Virus record (IMG/VR): IMGVR_UViG_3300020037_002418
Reading direction: 5' to 3' (one strand)
DNA from: an uncultured virus (IMG/VR IMGVR_UViG_3300020037_002418)
Taxonomy: Duplodnaviria > Heunggongvirae > Uroviricota > Caudoviricetes
DNA length: 64,000 nt
The stretch's first letter is position 1, and every line of letters begins with the position of its first letter. The notes under the pieces are model-generated. The model had not been told where the DNA came from. It saw only the letters and a list, made by a program, of their open reading frames with translations, and did no database searches. This document shows positions 37,801-46,453 of the stretch, piece by piece. The position numbers and the translations under genes are program-made.

Positions 37801-38286
37801 CTTGTCTATCCAAGACTTGGTTCCGGCCCGAGCCGCATCGGTACCTAGACCCGAGAACTTCCCGGCCTTACCAGCCGCTGTCGCGATACGGGCCGCTGCC
37901 TGTCCGTGGATGCCGGCTTTGGCAGCCAGTCCACCCACAGCCCGCTTAGCTACCCCAATACCCCCCAGGTAAGTGAGCGGATCGAGGGCGATCTCCGTCC
38001 CCAGTCCTCCAAAGAAGTTGCCGTAGGTGTCTTTCCGGCCAGCCAGTCCACCCATGCGGTTGAGGTCCCGGCCGGTGGTGCGGTTGACGTCGGAGTGGGG
38101 AGTCAGGAGCTGATCGAATGGGTTCCGGCCAGCTACCGTGTCCCGGACCATGGAGCCTGGCACGTCTAAGATATTGCCGGCTACGTTCAGGCCACTGAGA
38201 ACGCCTCCGCCTAGGGACTTAAGGAAGCCCGGTTGCTCAGGTGCGGCTCCGGTGAGTTGGTCTTCCGTGTACTTTCGCTTCGCCAT
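34891..38286 (-). CDS. large putative internal virion (ejection) protein
   Basis: About 1130 aa, Gly/Ala-rich N-terminus with LDPLTYL and C-terminal F.FYSF...NPL.K.P.E patterns. Confidence 0.6.
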   Translation of the reverse strand: MAKRKYTEDQLTGAAPEQPGFLKSLGGGVLSGLNVAGNILDVPGSMVRDTVAGRNPFDQLLTPHSDVNRTTGRDLNRMGGLAGRKDTYGNFFGGLGTEIALDPLTYLGGIGVAKRAVGGLAAKAGIHGQAAARIATAAGKAGKFSGLGTDAARAGTKSWIDKFIPSGTNWVGPREANWITPNHIKEFAPEMFDTLSSVAKNQKGGAFDLAGQMDTPLGALGTFWPAGEAGVFGAGKTGQKIARGMDVAGDMLRHAKIPGTAIRPVGDLANLVNAKAGKTTNAELLQDAYQTHHVKEGARYEHRLLTAKWTNDLERMGHAKTEVDTVRNWIEFPNTAPAEAQPLVKEMRGYVDKIPKLAEQMGVKIGDVSDKMSAAGSQAQYWPRHLAEGLVGKNKKRGSFGKLFDPATTAELAREPWTLGSKGGTKALMEMYKDPEVLKLHAAGDRDALVDYLKNNYSSNLPEKFLDGEQIAKLKELNVPPTVAMAGIQAANNPALAKSLAPSSTFHAAADSILKMSPEALGAGVYANHPVNDFAASMSGTADKLHASKIALERIASDATAAGPGTVEVPVVLKNLDLEFGDGTSKGAIKWLKDHGVADPEKAHLPADTAAFLTQMGKGWTGGPQEVGPMLDLYDNFANIMRSVFTNMDPVRYNVRNRLSGHFANWISGLVKIFDGTATNADQLMKGMVIEGAAKNPHLLQMAAERGIQNLDDKTATQILGEMLYALETSGSSGLSHEIQHGSGNIGSQLGEIKDQIPGANPFSWGAVGELAKGPMGKAGTSYNPLSAIRGVGGAPTTKNALAATGEKIAEYTEGLNRIAPMWSLIQDGVHPQEAARRVMEAQVDYRGRNYTQFEKQLLKRIFLFYSFSKGMFPFTLKQVMDYPGGRLAQALRGMNRSKSQDELVPQHVAETAAIPVGQIPGMAPLEEGAKRYITGFGLGFEDPAQFVGGPQNAMLEAASRLNPLIKAPLEMMSGQSFFQRGPGGGGRSLEDLNPSLGQTLSNIGQITGMRESKAPVRTPQFLEHILSNSPLSGVLNKARTITDPRKGPGAKAVNLLTGIKATDVSPAAQDKELRSRISQIEKQMGARTFSDTFLPKDAQAELSPKELADYQKMQALRRLLEERSKTRKKK

Positions 38287-38533
38287 CCTTGGCTCCCTTG
38301 CATGTAGCAATAAGCCGTTCAAGATACCACATGGCTTTTTCCAGGTCCTGGATCTGCTGGCCCTTCTTCCCGTGGCGATACAGGTACTTCATGCAGTTGC
38401 CAGTGAGGTAGGCCTGGAGCGGGGGCAGGCCATCGACTGCGGACTCGATAGCGTCGATGCACTCGACCTTGCCTTGATAATGCGGTGGATTTATCGCCGA
38501 TTTTCCATTTGCAGGTCTTTTACGAGATCCCAT
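38237..38533 (-). CDS. DUF3310 (SaV-like) protein
   Basis: NPPHY..KVECIDAI...GNCMKYLYR..KKG...DLEKAMWYL. Confidence 0.85.
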   Translation of the reverse strand: MGSRKRPANGKSAINPPHYQGKVECIDAIESAVDGLPPLQAYLTGNCMKYLYRHGKKGQQIQDLEKAMWYLERLIATCKGAKDGEAKVHGRPTHRSRT

Positions 38534-38581
38534 AGCTTCTTTCTCATGGCGTAGACTTCCACTTCGGGGAACCGGTTCATT

Positions 38582-38974
38582 TCAGCGTATAGGTACTGCT
38601 GGAGCAAGCGGAGGATGGTGTCGTTCATGGCGTCCTTGCCGGAGTCGGCGTCGTTGTTCGACAGGAAGGGTGGAGCGGTCTTCAACTTCTACATCCACCT
38701 GGGTCCAACTCTCTGAGTGGGAAAGACTCCAAATCTCCCTCTGAATCCCATTGTCGTCAAACGGAAAATAGTAACCCCCGTTAACCCGTTGCACCGACTG
38801 GACTTGCTCCTTCAGCATCCGCCACACGAACACATGCTCCTCATCCCAGGCGATGATCTGAGTGAAGATCAGCCGGCCGTTCTCGTCAAAATACTGGTTA
38901 GTCTCTAAGCGGGTGGCCCGGTCCCGGATCACGGGGTCATAGGGGACGATAGCCAGCAGGAGGAGGGCCCACAT
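38582..38974 (-). CDS. secreted or membrane hypothetical protein
   Basis: MWALLLLAIVP signal-like start. Confidence 0.55.
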   Translation of the reverse strand: MWALLLLAIVPYDPVIRDRATRLETNQYFDENGRLIFTQIIAWDEEHVFVWRMLKEQVQSVQRVNGGYYFPFDDNGIQREIWSLSHSESWTQVDVEVEDRSTLPVEQRRRLRQGRHERHHPPLAPAVPIR

Positions 38975-40074
38975 TAGCCACGCTCCGCCTTCAGAAAGCG
39001 AAGGGCTGGCTCCAGCCGGTGGAAGGCAATCATCTCCCGACGATCTGGATAGACGACTACCGTTGGGCACGTCGGGAAAGTTCGGTTGTAGCCATACATC
39101 CGGGAGTAAGAGCTAGTGATCTGGTAGGACCCAGGACGCAGGGCAATCCGCTCTTTCCCTTGAGAAGTGAAGTATTCGCACGCACCTTCGTGGTGATGTC
39201 CGATACAACCAATATCCCAGTCGTGCTCACCAAACCTCAGGAACTGCTTCACGGCATGAGTCTGGTTCATCGTGGAGTTCATGCGGTACTGATGCCGCAT
39301 GGCCACCTTGTAAGGCTGCTCTCCTACCTTGATGCTGAGCATGGCTTCATCCGGGGCGTAGCAGATGCGATGCTTCTTGTGCAGCATCCCCAGGACGTCC
39401 ACTCCCGCAAACTCATTGGTCCATAAATCATGATTCCCAGCGATCCCGACGAGTACTCGATGGGCAAATATCCCCAGGTAAAACTCAAAGAGGTCGTACT
39501 GCTCGCTCGGCTGGGACCGGGCAGCCAGCACGGCACTGCGGTGCTTAATGTGATTATCCGTGGCATCCCCTCCGAGGATGGCGTAGCACCCATCGCTCTC
39601 GGCAATCAGCTCTGCGTCCTCCCGCATCCGGGCAAGGTCAACGGTATTGCCAAGGCTAATGTGCTGGTCGGAGATGAAGGATATAGCGCACGGGTCGTTT
39701 GGCAGATCCACTGAGAACTCCGCCATCAGCATGGCCTTGCGGATGTGCTCGGCGTTATCAATCTCCGCAGCCTTCCAGCGGGCCTCAGGCGTACTGGTGG
39801 CCAGTGGGACGTAGGCCGGGATCACATGGGGCCGGACCTGCTCCATCTGCTTGAGCTTGGAGCGGAGGGAGGCCAGCTCCATCTGATCCACGTCACCCTT
39901 AGTCGGTCCCTTGGAAGGGGGGATTTCGGCCTGCGTAGGCCGATTTGACTTAGAGTGTTCGGAAAGGAAGCCCTGGACGGTCGAGCGGGGAACGCGAAGT
40001 TGGCGGGCTATCTCGGCTTTCGATACCCCTTGTTCCTGGAGGAGGAGTGCTTCCCGACGCTGGGCATCGTCCAT
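38974..40074 (-). CDS. calcineurin-like metallophosphoesterase with N-terminal HTH
   Basis: SDQH, GGD..D, GNHD, RH, GHHH motifs; GVSKAEIARQLRVPRSTVQ HTH. Confidence 0.85.
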   Translation of the reverse strand: MDDAQRREALLLQEQGVSKAEIARQLRVPRSTVQGFLSEHSKSNRPTQAEIPPSKGPTKGDVDQMELASLRSKLKQMEQVRPHVIPAYVPLATSTPEARWKAAEIDNAEHIRKAMLMAEFSVDLPNDPCAISFISDQHISLGNTVDLARMREDAELIAESDGCYAILGGDATDNHIKHRSAVLAARSQPSEQYDLFEFYLGIFAHRVLVGIAGNHDLWTNEFAGVDVLGMLHKKHRICYAPDEAMLSIKVGEQPYKVAMRHQYRMNSTMNQTHAVKQFLRFGEHDWDIGCIGHHHEGACEYFTSQGKERIALRPGSYQITSSYSRMYGYNRTFPTCPTVVVYPDRREMIAFHRLEPALRFLKAERG

Positions 40075-40343
40075 GTTGGCTTCCTTGCCTAAGGGGTCAG
40101 TCGTAGTCCCACCAGTCATCGCTGGCGGCCTGGTCCTGATCGGGGTCGCAGAAGTCACCGTCATCCATGACAATCGGCCCTCCCAGCGATCCACTCTACA
40201 CCCACAATTCGCGTATTGCACTGAAATTAGTGGTTTGGTAGGATCGACCCCGCTGAGGGTGATCTAGTTATGAGCATTATCTTGAAATACAATTCGCGTA
40301 GTGCATCCGTAGCTGGGTCCCTCAGCAAGACACCAATACACGC

Positions 40344-40376
40344 AAAAGCCATCCTCAGTAATGGGGTTGGCTTTTG
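40344..40376. terminator. bidirectional terminator-like hairpin
   Basis: AAAAGCCATCCTCA-GTAA-TGGGGTTGGCTTTT. Confidence 0.65.
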
Positions 40377-40384
40377 TCGTTTCT

Positions 40385-40750
40385 GGACAGCACGGATGCT
40401 TGCCGATCCCATCCCAAAGGCATTGTTGCCACGGATCGGCTAAGGGGCTGTTCGGGGTGGGCTAATCCTCATCTGACGAATAGCAACAGGGTGCAATTAG
40501 GTGATGCCAGCCAAGCCGGTTTGAACCCGGAGTGGTGCGAGGATTCGCAGGGCTAACCGGGGGCCAAAGACCCTCCTAAACGAGAGACGGGCTGCGTGGT
40601 TATAAGGGCCGATAGAGGGGAAACTCTCAACGCGGTAGCAGCCGGGTAGTTTAGGGCGAGAGTCCCACCGAAAACCGTGGGATCAACTCCGCGTTGACAG
40701 TCCGACAGCTTGACGTGTAAGGGAGCTAGTTTATCTAGCTGCTCTAGGCC
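40385..40750 (+). ncRNA. candidate long structured non-coding RNA or leader
   Basis: Pairs 40402-09/40433-40, 40575-81/40649-55, 40590-95/40638-43, 40663-68/40677-82, 40724-29/40735-40; GAGGG-GAAA-CTCTC tetraloop hairpin. Confidence 0.4.
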
Positions 40751-40777
40751 CGCACTTTCTATGAGGGGTAGCTAGTT

Positions 40778-41146
40778 ATGAGTAACGGGAAGTTTGCTTG
40801 GGAGAAGATGGGTAGGAAGAGGCGTGCCGATGAGGCCGCCCGAGATGGTAGAGCTATCTATATGAAAGATGAGCCGGTTGGTAATGCCCGTAAGAAGAAG
40901 CCCAAACAACCAGTTCGGAATGTCATGCCCTTTGGGAAGTTCAAAGGACAAGCCGTGGCGAAGGTTCCCGTGTGGTATCTGAAGTGGCTGGTTGCGGAAT
41001 GCGATAACGCACCCGAGGCCGTCCTGCATGAAGCCCAGAGAATCCTGGTTGAATTACCAAACAAGCCGCAGGACGACGACAGAGATGGGCCCGGCAGTGA
41101 AGGGCCCATCGAATCACGTCTAAAGGACTCAGACATCCCATACTAG
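40778..41146 (+). CDS. DUF3820-like protein
   Basis: MPFGKFKG..VAKVP.WYLKWL motif; acidic DIPY tail. Confidence 0.75.
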   Translation: MSNGKFAWEKMGRKRRADEAARDGRAIYMKDEPVGNARKKKPKQPVRNVMPFGKFKGQAVAKVPVWYLKWLVAECDNAPEAVLHEAQRILVELPNKPQDDDRDGPGSEGPIESRLKDSDIPY

Positions 41147-41741
41147 GAGACCTCAGTAATGACTGACGATAGATGGAGGGAGTTAATGAACGACCCTAAT
41201 GGACGGATCTCTCCAGAAGAGCTGGCAGAGGGCTGGCACTGGTGCCCTGATTGGGATGACTTGCTGGTGGGGCCCGGCACTGCCATGGAGCTAACGTGCT
41301 GCATGTGTGAAGGAATCGACGCCGGCATCAAGGAGGCAGCCCAATGGAGAATGAACGTGGACTCTGGTTTCTACGACCTGTGATGCAGTGGGAGGACGAA
41401 GAACGTGCCTCTTGGGGTCTAGAGGAGATGCGTGCTGAGTTTAAGAAGCGACTCTACAAGGAGACAAACATGATCACACTCAAGCCAGCGAATAGTGGTG
41501 GGTATCGTGTCATATTCGGCGATATCGCCCACATTGGAGACATCATCTGCACACCTGGCGCCGGCTACTCATGGTTGATATCAGAAAACCCCGGCTACCT
41601 CACCAGCGATATTCTGCGTGGAGTTGCTGCTGAATTGGACAAGCTCAATGAAAGGTACCGCCGAAAGATGTGTGGCCCGTCCACCGAGGTGGTAGGCCGA
41701 GACTACGTTCCACCCACTGACCTTTCACAGGAGCCGTTCTA

Positions 41742-42029
41742 ATGGAAGACAAAGTAATGAGCATGGCCGATGGCCTGGTCCGTATCCGGAAGTTCTCGGA
41801 AGAGTTCTATAAGGACTACCCCAAGACTCCCGATAACAAGCTGGCCCTCTCTAAGACGCTGCTGGTGGAGGCCTCCATCTGCTTCCTGTCTGACGCCTGT
41901 TACGGGGAAGCCACCGAGGAAGACGCTAAGCTCGCATTAGATCTGGCCCACAAATGTGCGATGCTCATGAACGACTTCAAGACCGAGATCCTGAAGAAGA
42001 AGCGGACTAGCACTAACTGGAGCAACTGA
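41742..42029 (+). CDS. hypothetical protein
   Basis: AGGAG RBS; coupled to neighbours. Confidence 0.55.
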   Translation: MEDKVMSMADGLVRIRKFSEEFYKDYPKTPDNKLALSKTLLVEASICFLSDACYGEATEEDAKLALDLAHKCAMLMNDFKTEILKKKRTSTNWSN

Positions 42030-42238
42030 TGATCACCTACGAGGTCCTTGGGGAGACGATCACCGTCATTGGCCACCGCCATTTCCTGGTGAAGTCTCAC
42101 TCCCATGAGGACTCGTGGTACGCCTGCGATGAGGATTCTTGCACATGTAGAGCCGCTGATTGTTACGTCGAGTGTCGTCACCTTAAAGCCATCAGGAGAT
42201 TGTTGGGATGCCTAAGATCCACCGAACCCACCGCATGA
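42029..42238 (+). CDS. SWIM Zn-finger protein
   Basis: CTC...CRH motif. Confidence 0.65.
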   Translation: MITYEVLGETITVIGHRHFLVKSHSHEDSWYACDEDSCTCRAADCYVECRHLKAIRRLLGCLRSTEPTA

Positions 42239-42718
42239 TGTTCTCAGTAGCTGAAGAGCACACCGAGGTCTGTGTCCTCTGTGGACGCATTGACCGGTTC
42301 CCCGAGATCGAGAAGCCGTGCTCCGCCAGCCAAGCCAAGCGGGAGGCCTACGACGAACGCATTAAGACCAAGACGCACACCAAGGCCATCTTCTCGTGTG
42401 TGGGACTGGCCAAAGAAAGGACGGGGAGACGCTAATGTCAGGAGACTATACCCAGGTCACGGAACCCACGACAGCAACACGGGCTACGCTCCGGGACCTT
42501 CTTCAGGCCCAAGTTGCCGCCCTAGAGCTCGCCCCTAAATGGCTCTGGGAGATCGAGTTCGCCCTACATATCTGGCCCATCCTGGAACGGTTCCACCGAG
42601 ACCGAGACCCCACCGCCGAAGTCATCGTGTCGCTGATCCGAGAAACCAACAACGTCAGTGCTGGCGTTCGTGTGATTACCGACTACCTAGGCCCCAACCG
42701 ATCAAAGGACCCACCACC

Positions 42719-42880
42719 ATGGTAAATCCGTACGATAGCTCGATCATCGAAGCCGAGCTGGTAAAGCCAGATAAGCCGAGACTCCCCTGGCATTACGCCC
42801 ATCCCGTCATCTGGATGCTAGGTGCTCCAGCGATCTGGATGCTGATCATCATGGCCTGGGCGATCTGGGCTAGTTCCTAG
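42719..42880 (+). CDS. small membrane protein with NPY N-terminal motif
   Basis: MVNPYDSS...C-terminal TM helix; AAAGGA RBS. Confidence 0.55.
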   Translation: MVNPYDSSIIEAELVKPDKPRLPWHYAHPVIWMLGAPAIWMLIIMAWAIWASS

Positions 42881-44577
42881 AGCCCACGCTTCTTCCGCAT
42901 CTCGGCCTTGGCACGGAGGGTACCGGGGCGATCACCAGGCTGATCTTTGAGCTGATCATTGGTGATCTGGCTGGTCCGTGCATTCACCGTCGGCTTCTGC
43001 TGCACGCCGAGCAGTCCAGCGGCCAATCCGTGTGGGTTCATGTAAGCAGAGATCACGTCTCCAGGGAGTCCGCCAGCAATATCTCCCAGGAATGGAGTGC
43101 TTTCAATCTGCCCGATCAGGCCGGGCTTATTAGCCTCTCGGATGAGTCGCTCCTTTGTGTCTTTTGGGAGACCATCCAACAACACTTCCTGCTCGGCCGG
43201 TGACTTACCCTGGAGGTCCTCCGGCTTAGGTGCTTCTGCGATCTTCTGGGCTGGAGTGCGGTTGTCGATAGGCTTGCCGTTGGCATCGGTACCATTAGCC
43301 TTAGCTAATCCCAGTCCGGCGATCTTCTCCCGGCTGGCATTGTTCGCTGTGGCCATCCGCTCTTGGGCAGCCAGCGTATCCTTCTGGGCAGCAATACGGG
43401 CCGCTCCCTGTTCCCGAGCTAGACCTAGACGTCCATTCGCATCGGCCTTTAGGGCAGCCGACTGTGGGTCCTGCATGGCTAAGCGTTCGTCAAAGGTCAG
43501 GCGACCCTTCTGGATGCGTACCTTCTCAGCACGACCCTCTTTACGGGCCTGTGCGTTCGCTAGGACGCCAGCAGATCGTTCCGACCGCTCGCTGGACTGT
43601 CGGCCTTCATAAGCCGCCTTGCGGGCTTCTAGGCCTCCCCGGCGAGCGTCGAAGGTCTCTCTGGCCTTCTGCTGCTCCGGGGTGTTATTGCCGATGTACT
43701 GCATCCCCATCTTGCCGGTAACGGGGTCGATCTCGCCAGTCTCCTTACCAGTGAAGCGGTAGCTGGCTCCTGAGTCCTTACCGAACTGTGGCTTCTGGCC
43801 CAGGTCCTTCATGGGGCCATCCGCAAAGGCCACTCGGCCATCCGCTCCCCTAACCGGTAGGGTTCCACCGAAGTTACCCAGCGTGTTCTCGGCCTTCATG
43901 CGGGCATCAAAGCCAGCTTGATTGGAAGCATAGCCACCTAATGGTTGAGCGGCTGGAGGTGGTGCCGTCAGTCCGAGGCTACCAATCATGTTGGGAGGAG
44001 ACGGCACACGGCCAATAGGCGACGGGTTAATATCCGGGCCGGTGGGGCTGGTGATCGGATGTTGGCCAGCTAGAAGAGCCTTGCTGAGAGGGCCTAACCC
44101 ATCCTGACCCTGGGGTAAGAACCCACGATCAGGCACGGTCCCCTGCGGAGTGCCACGATATGGATCAGTCGGGAAGAACTGGTTGCCCATCATACGGCCA
44201 CCAAGCTCACCGTTCTGAGCCATCGCAATACGGCGGGCTTTCTCTTCCGGATCGTAGCCCTTGAACTCAGGGCGAACGGGAGTCACCGGCCCTAGTGGAG
44301 ACGGGACGGTTCCCTGTGGCTGGAACGGAGATTGCGGTGCCGACTGAGCTTGCTGTTCTCGCTGGCCAATGTAATAGCCACCAGGAGACGGAGTGGTTGT
44401 TCTCTTTTGGGCGTTAGCATCTTTAGCGAACTGTTGTCCAAGAGGGTGCTCCATGGGAACACGCACTCCACCGTGACCGCCTGGCATTTCCTCGATCTGA
44501 CGAGGCAGCACCCCGCCCCCCGGCTGTAGGCCACCAACGCTCTTCTTTTTAGGGGCGAGTCCCAGTTCAAAAGCCAT
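42877..44577 (-). CDS. Gly/Pro/Gln-rich putative internal virion protein
   Basis: 566 aa, low complexity with helical C-terminal half, late strand. Confidence 0.55.
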   Translation of the reverse strand: MAFELGLAPKKKSVGGLQPGGGVLPRQIEEMPGGHGGVRVPMEHPLGQQFAKDANAQKRTTTPSPGGYYIGQREQQAQSAPQSPFQPQGTVPSPLGPVTPVRPEFKGYDPEEKARRIAMAQNGELGGRMMGNQFFPTDPYRGTPQGTVPDRGFLPQGQDGLGPLSKALLAGQHPITSPTGPDINPSPIGRVPSPPNMIGSLGLTAPPPAAQPLGGYASNQAGFDARMKAENTLGNFGGTLPVRGADGRVAFADGPMKDLGQKPQFGKDSGASYRFTGKETGEIDPVTGKMGMQYIGNNTPEQQKARETFDARRGGLEARKAAYEGRQSSERSERSAGVLANAQARKEGRAEKVRIQKGRLTFDERLAMQDPQSAALKADANGRLGLAREQGAARIAAQKDTLAAQERMATANNASREKIAGLGLAKANGTDANGKPIDNRTPAQKIAEAPKPEDLQGKSPAEQEVLLDGLPKDTKERLIREANKPGLIGQIESTPFLGDIAGGLPGDVISAYMNPHGLAAGLLGVQQKPTVNARTSQITNDQLKDQPGDRPGTLRAKAEMRKKRGL

Positions 44578-44736
44578 CTGTCAGGCCCTCCATGGCCATT
44601 AACTAAAAGTCAAGTGTGAACCAAATCATACCACTTGGGCACATGTAATGCTTATGCAACCTCTACCCAAAACGGCCTGACAGGCCGAATTCCCCCATAC
44701 CGGGTGGTCGTCATCCAATAAGTCAGGAGACTTACG

Positions 44737-44943
44737 ATGCTGTGCCTTAGCCGAAAAGTTAGTGAGCGGATCATTATTGACGGACGGATTGCGATTGAGA
44801 TCCTAGCGATCACATCAGGCGGTCGAGTCCGGGTTGGCATCTCGGCCCCGCTGGATATTCCGATAGAGCGAGAGGAGCTTCTTGACCGGGACCGCGACAC
44901 ATTGTCCGATCCAGACCATCTTGGCTTGCAGACGTGCTCCTAG
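44737..44943 (+). CDS. csrA: carbon storage regulator CsrA/RsmA
   Basis: MLCLSRKVSERIII...I.I.IL...GRVRVGISAP.DIPIEREEL; AGGAG RBS. Confidence 0.85.
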   Translation: MLCLSRKVSERIIIDGRIAIEILAITSGGRVRVGISAPLDIPIEREELLDRDRDTLSDPDHLGLQTCS

Positions 44944-45219
44944 GGTGTTGAGGGATTGCTCGCGTTCGATACAAGATCGGCAGTCCTTTTTACGAAGGAA
45001 CCACGCCCATCGTTCCTTGTTGATGCCAATGACTTGTAGGCAAACATCCACCCAGCATCCGAGTTCCCACCAGCGGGGATAGGCTTTGCATAACCCTGGA
45101 ACAATGCCATTACCCATAGGCACCCACGGGCCTTTATTGAAACACCCCGGACGGACGCAGCAGAAGTGCTGTCGGCCGTCTCGTGGCAATTCAGAAGTTG
45201 GTTGCAGGTCGCATCTCAT
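44815..45219 (-). CDS. Cys-rich hypothetical protein
   Basis: ELGCWV...IGI.K...C.SC.EREQSLN.LG; ATGA-coupled in the late operon. Confidence 0.55.
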   Translation of the reverse strand: MRCDLQPTSELPRDGRQHFCCVRPGCFNKGPWVPMGNGIVPGLCKAYPRWWELGCWVDVCLQVIGINKERWAWFLRKKDCRSCIEREQSLNTLGARLQAKMVWIGQCVAVPVKKLLSLYRNIQRGRDANPDSTA

Positions 45220-45815
45220 AGGGCAGTAACCAGCATGGTTGAGGCGGAGTTGGAGCATCCGGCAGTACCAATGCCACCGCAGTTAGAAGCTGACTTTGTG
45301 GCCAATGACTCGCCGCTATACGCACCGCAGTCTGGCGAAGTGCCGCCTAGGCTGTTGACCCAAAACAGAGTGGCGTTGCTACAGTGCCCAGTTATGGAGC
45401 CTTGAGCGGTATAAGTTCCGCCGTTGCCGTCGATGTAAAACTGAATCGTAAGTGTTCCGCTACTAAACCCCCCGCACGTCACAGCCACCGCAGCGTGGGT
45501 TGTTTGCCAAATGCAACGCTGCTGCCCGCCATCGTCGATGCTGAGAGGGTCAAGAACGTATGTGAGGTCAAGGCTGCTACAGCTAGTGCATGTTCCACCG
45601 TCAGCAATTCCGCTCACATCGAGTTGAAACTGCCGCGTAAAATCCATGTCAGGATCGCAATAAGTGCAGTCACCGCCTCCGCAACAGCCACACCCTGGCC
45701 ACCACCCGAACCCCGACCCCAACAGAATAATCCCGCACTCAGGGTGCAACGTGGACAAACATCCGACAGCTAACCACAGCAAGTAGAATCGAATTACGGG
45801 AACGACGTAGTTCAT
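45216..45815 (-). CDS. Cys-rich virion-associated protein
   Basis: WPGCGCCGGGDCTYC and many further Cys residues. Confidence 0.6.
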   Translation of the reverse strand: MNYVVPVIRFYLLWLAVGCLSTLHPECGIILLGSGFGWWPGCGCCGGGDCTYCDPDMDFTRQFQLDVSGIADGGTCTSCSSLDLTYVLDPLSIDDGGQQRCIWQTTHAAVAVTCGGFSSGTLTIQFYIDGNGGTYTAQGSITGHCSNATLFWVNSLGGTSPDCGAYSGESLATKSASNCGGIGTAGCSNSASTMLVTAL

Positions 45816-46453
45816 TAGCAGGCCACCCACATGAGGATTGGGATACCGTTCCCTTGTGAAACCCCACAGTAGTTGTTGCTTAGTCCGGTAAGGGCTGTGG
45901 CACGATTAACGACTCCCGTGATGTTCATCGTGCTGTTGGTTTGGTAGGTGGTGCCAACATACACACTGACGGTGCAGGTTGATCCGACCGAAACGCTGGC
46001 GTCGTCTATCGTCCCGATCACAATAGGCGATCCGACCCACCGAGCAATCGTGACGCTAGCCCCGGCAGCAGTGGTGTTGCCGCCCAGAATCTCAAAGCCA
46101 TAGTAGTTCTTTGAGAGCGTGTGCTGGTTGTGCTTTGGCCCCCACACCTCTTTGATAGCAGGAGTCCCCGTGTCGTACCGCACGTAGTTAGGTTGGGCCA
46201 AGTCAGTGGCCAGGCCCTCATCCGAGGTGCCCAGGCCAATCGCAAAGGGGCCAGTAACCAGATACCCGTTCCAGTTGAAGTCGGTGTCGGCAGCGTTGGG
46301 CTTCCTGACCGTGTAGAGCATCTCATTGTTGGAGGCCGTCACGGTAGTGATCAGCACCACGGAGAACGGGGGAATCACGGCACCACTGGCGTTCTTCACC
46401 CGCAGCGGCCACCGGTCCCGTACCATTTGCCAGCGTTGGTCTAGTGGATTCAT
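45815..46453 (-). CDS. tail or baseplate-region protein
   Basis: VKNASG..IPPFSVV pattern; position in the tail module. Confidence 0.55.
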   Translation of the reverse strand: MNPLDQRWQMVRDRWPLRVKNASGAVIPPFSVVLITTVTASNNEMLYTVRKPNAADTDFNWNGYLVTGPFAIGLGTSDEGLATDLAQPNYVRYDTGTPAIKEVWGPKHNQHTLSKNYYGFEILGGNTTAAGASVTIARWVGSPIVIGTIDDASVSVGSTCTVSVYVGTTYQTNSTMNITGVVNRATALTGLSNNYCGVSQGNGIPILMWVAC

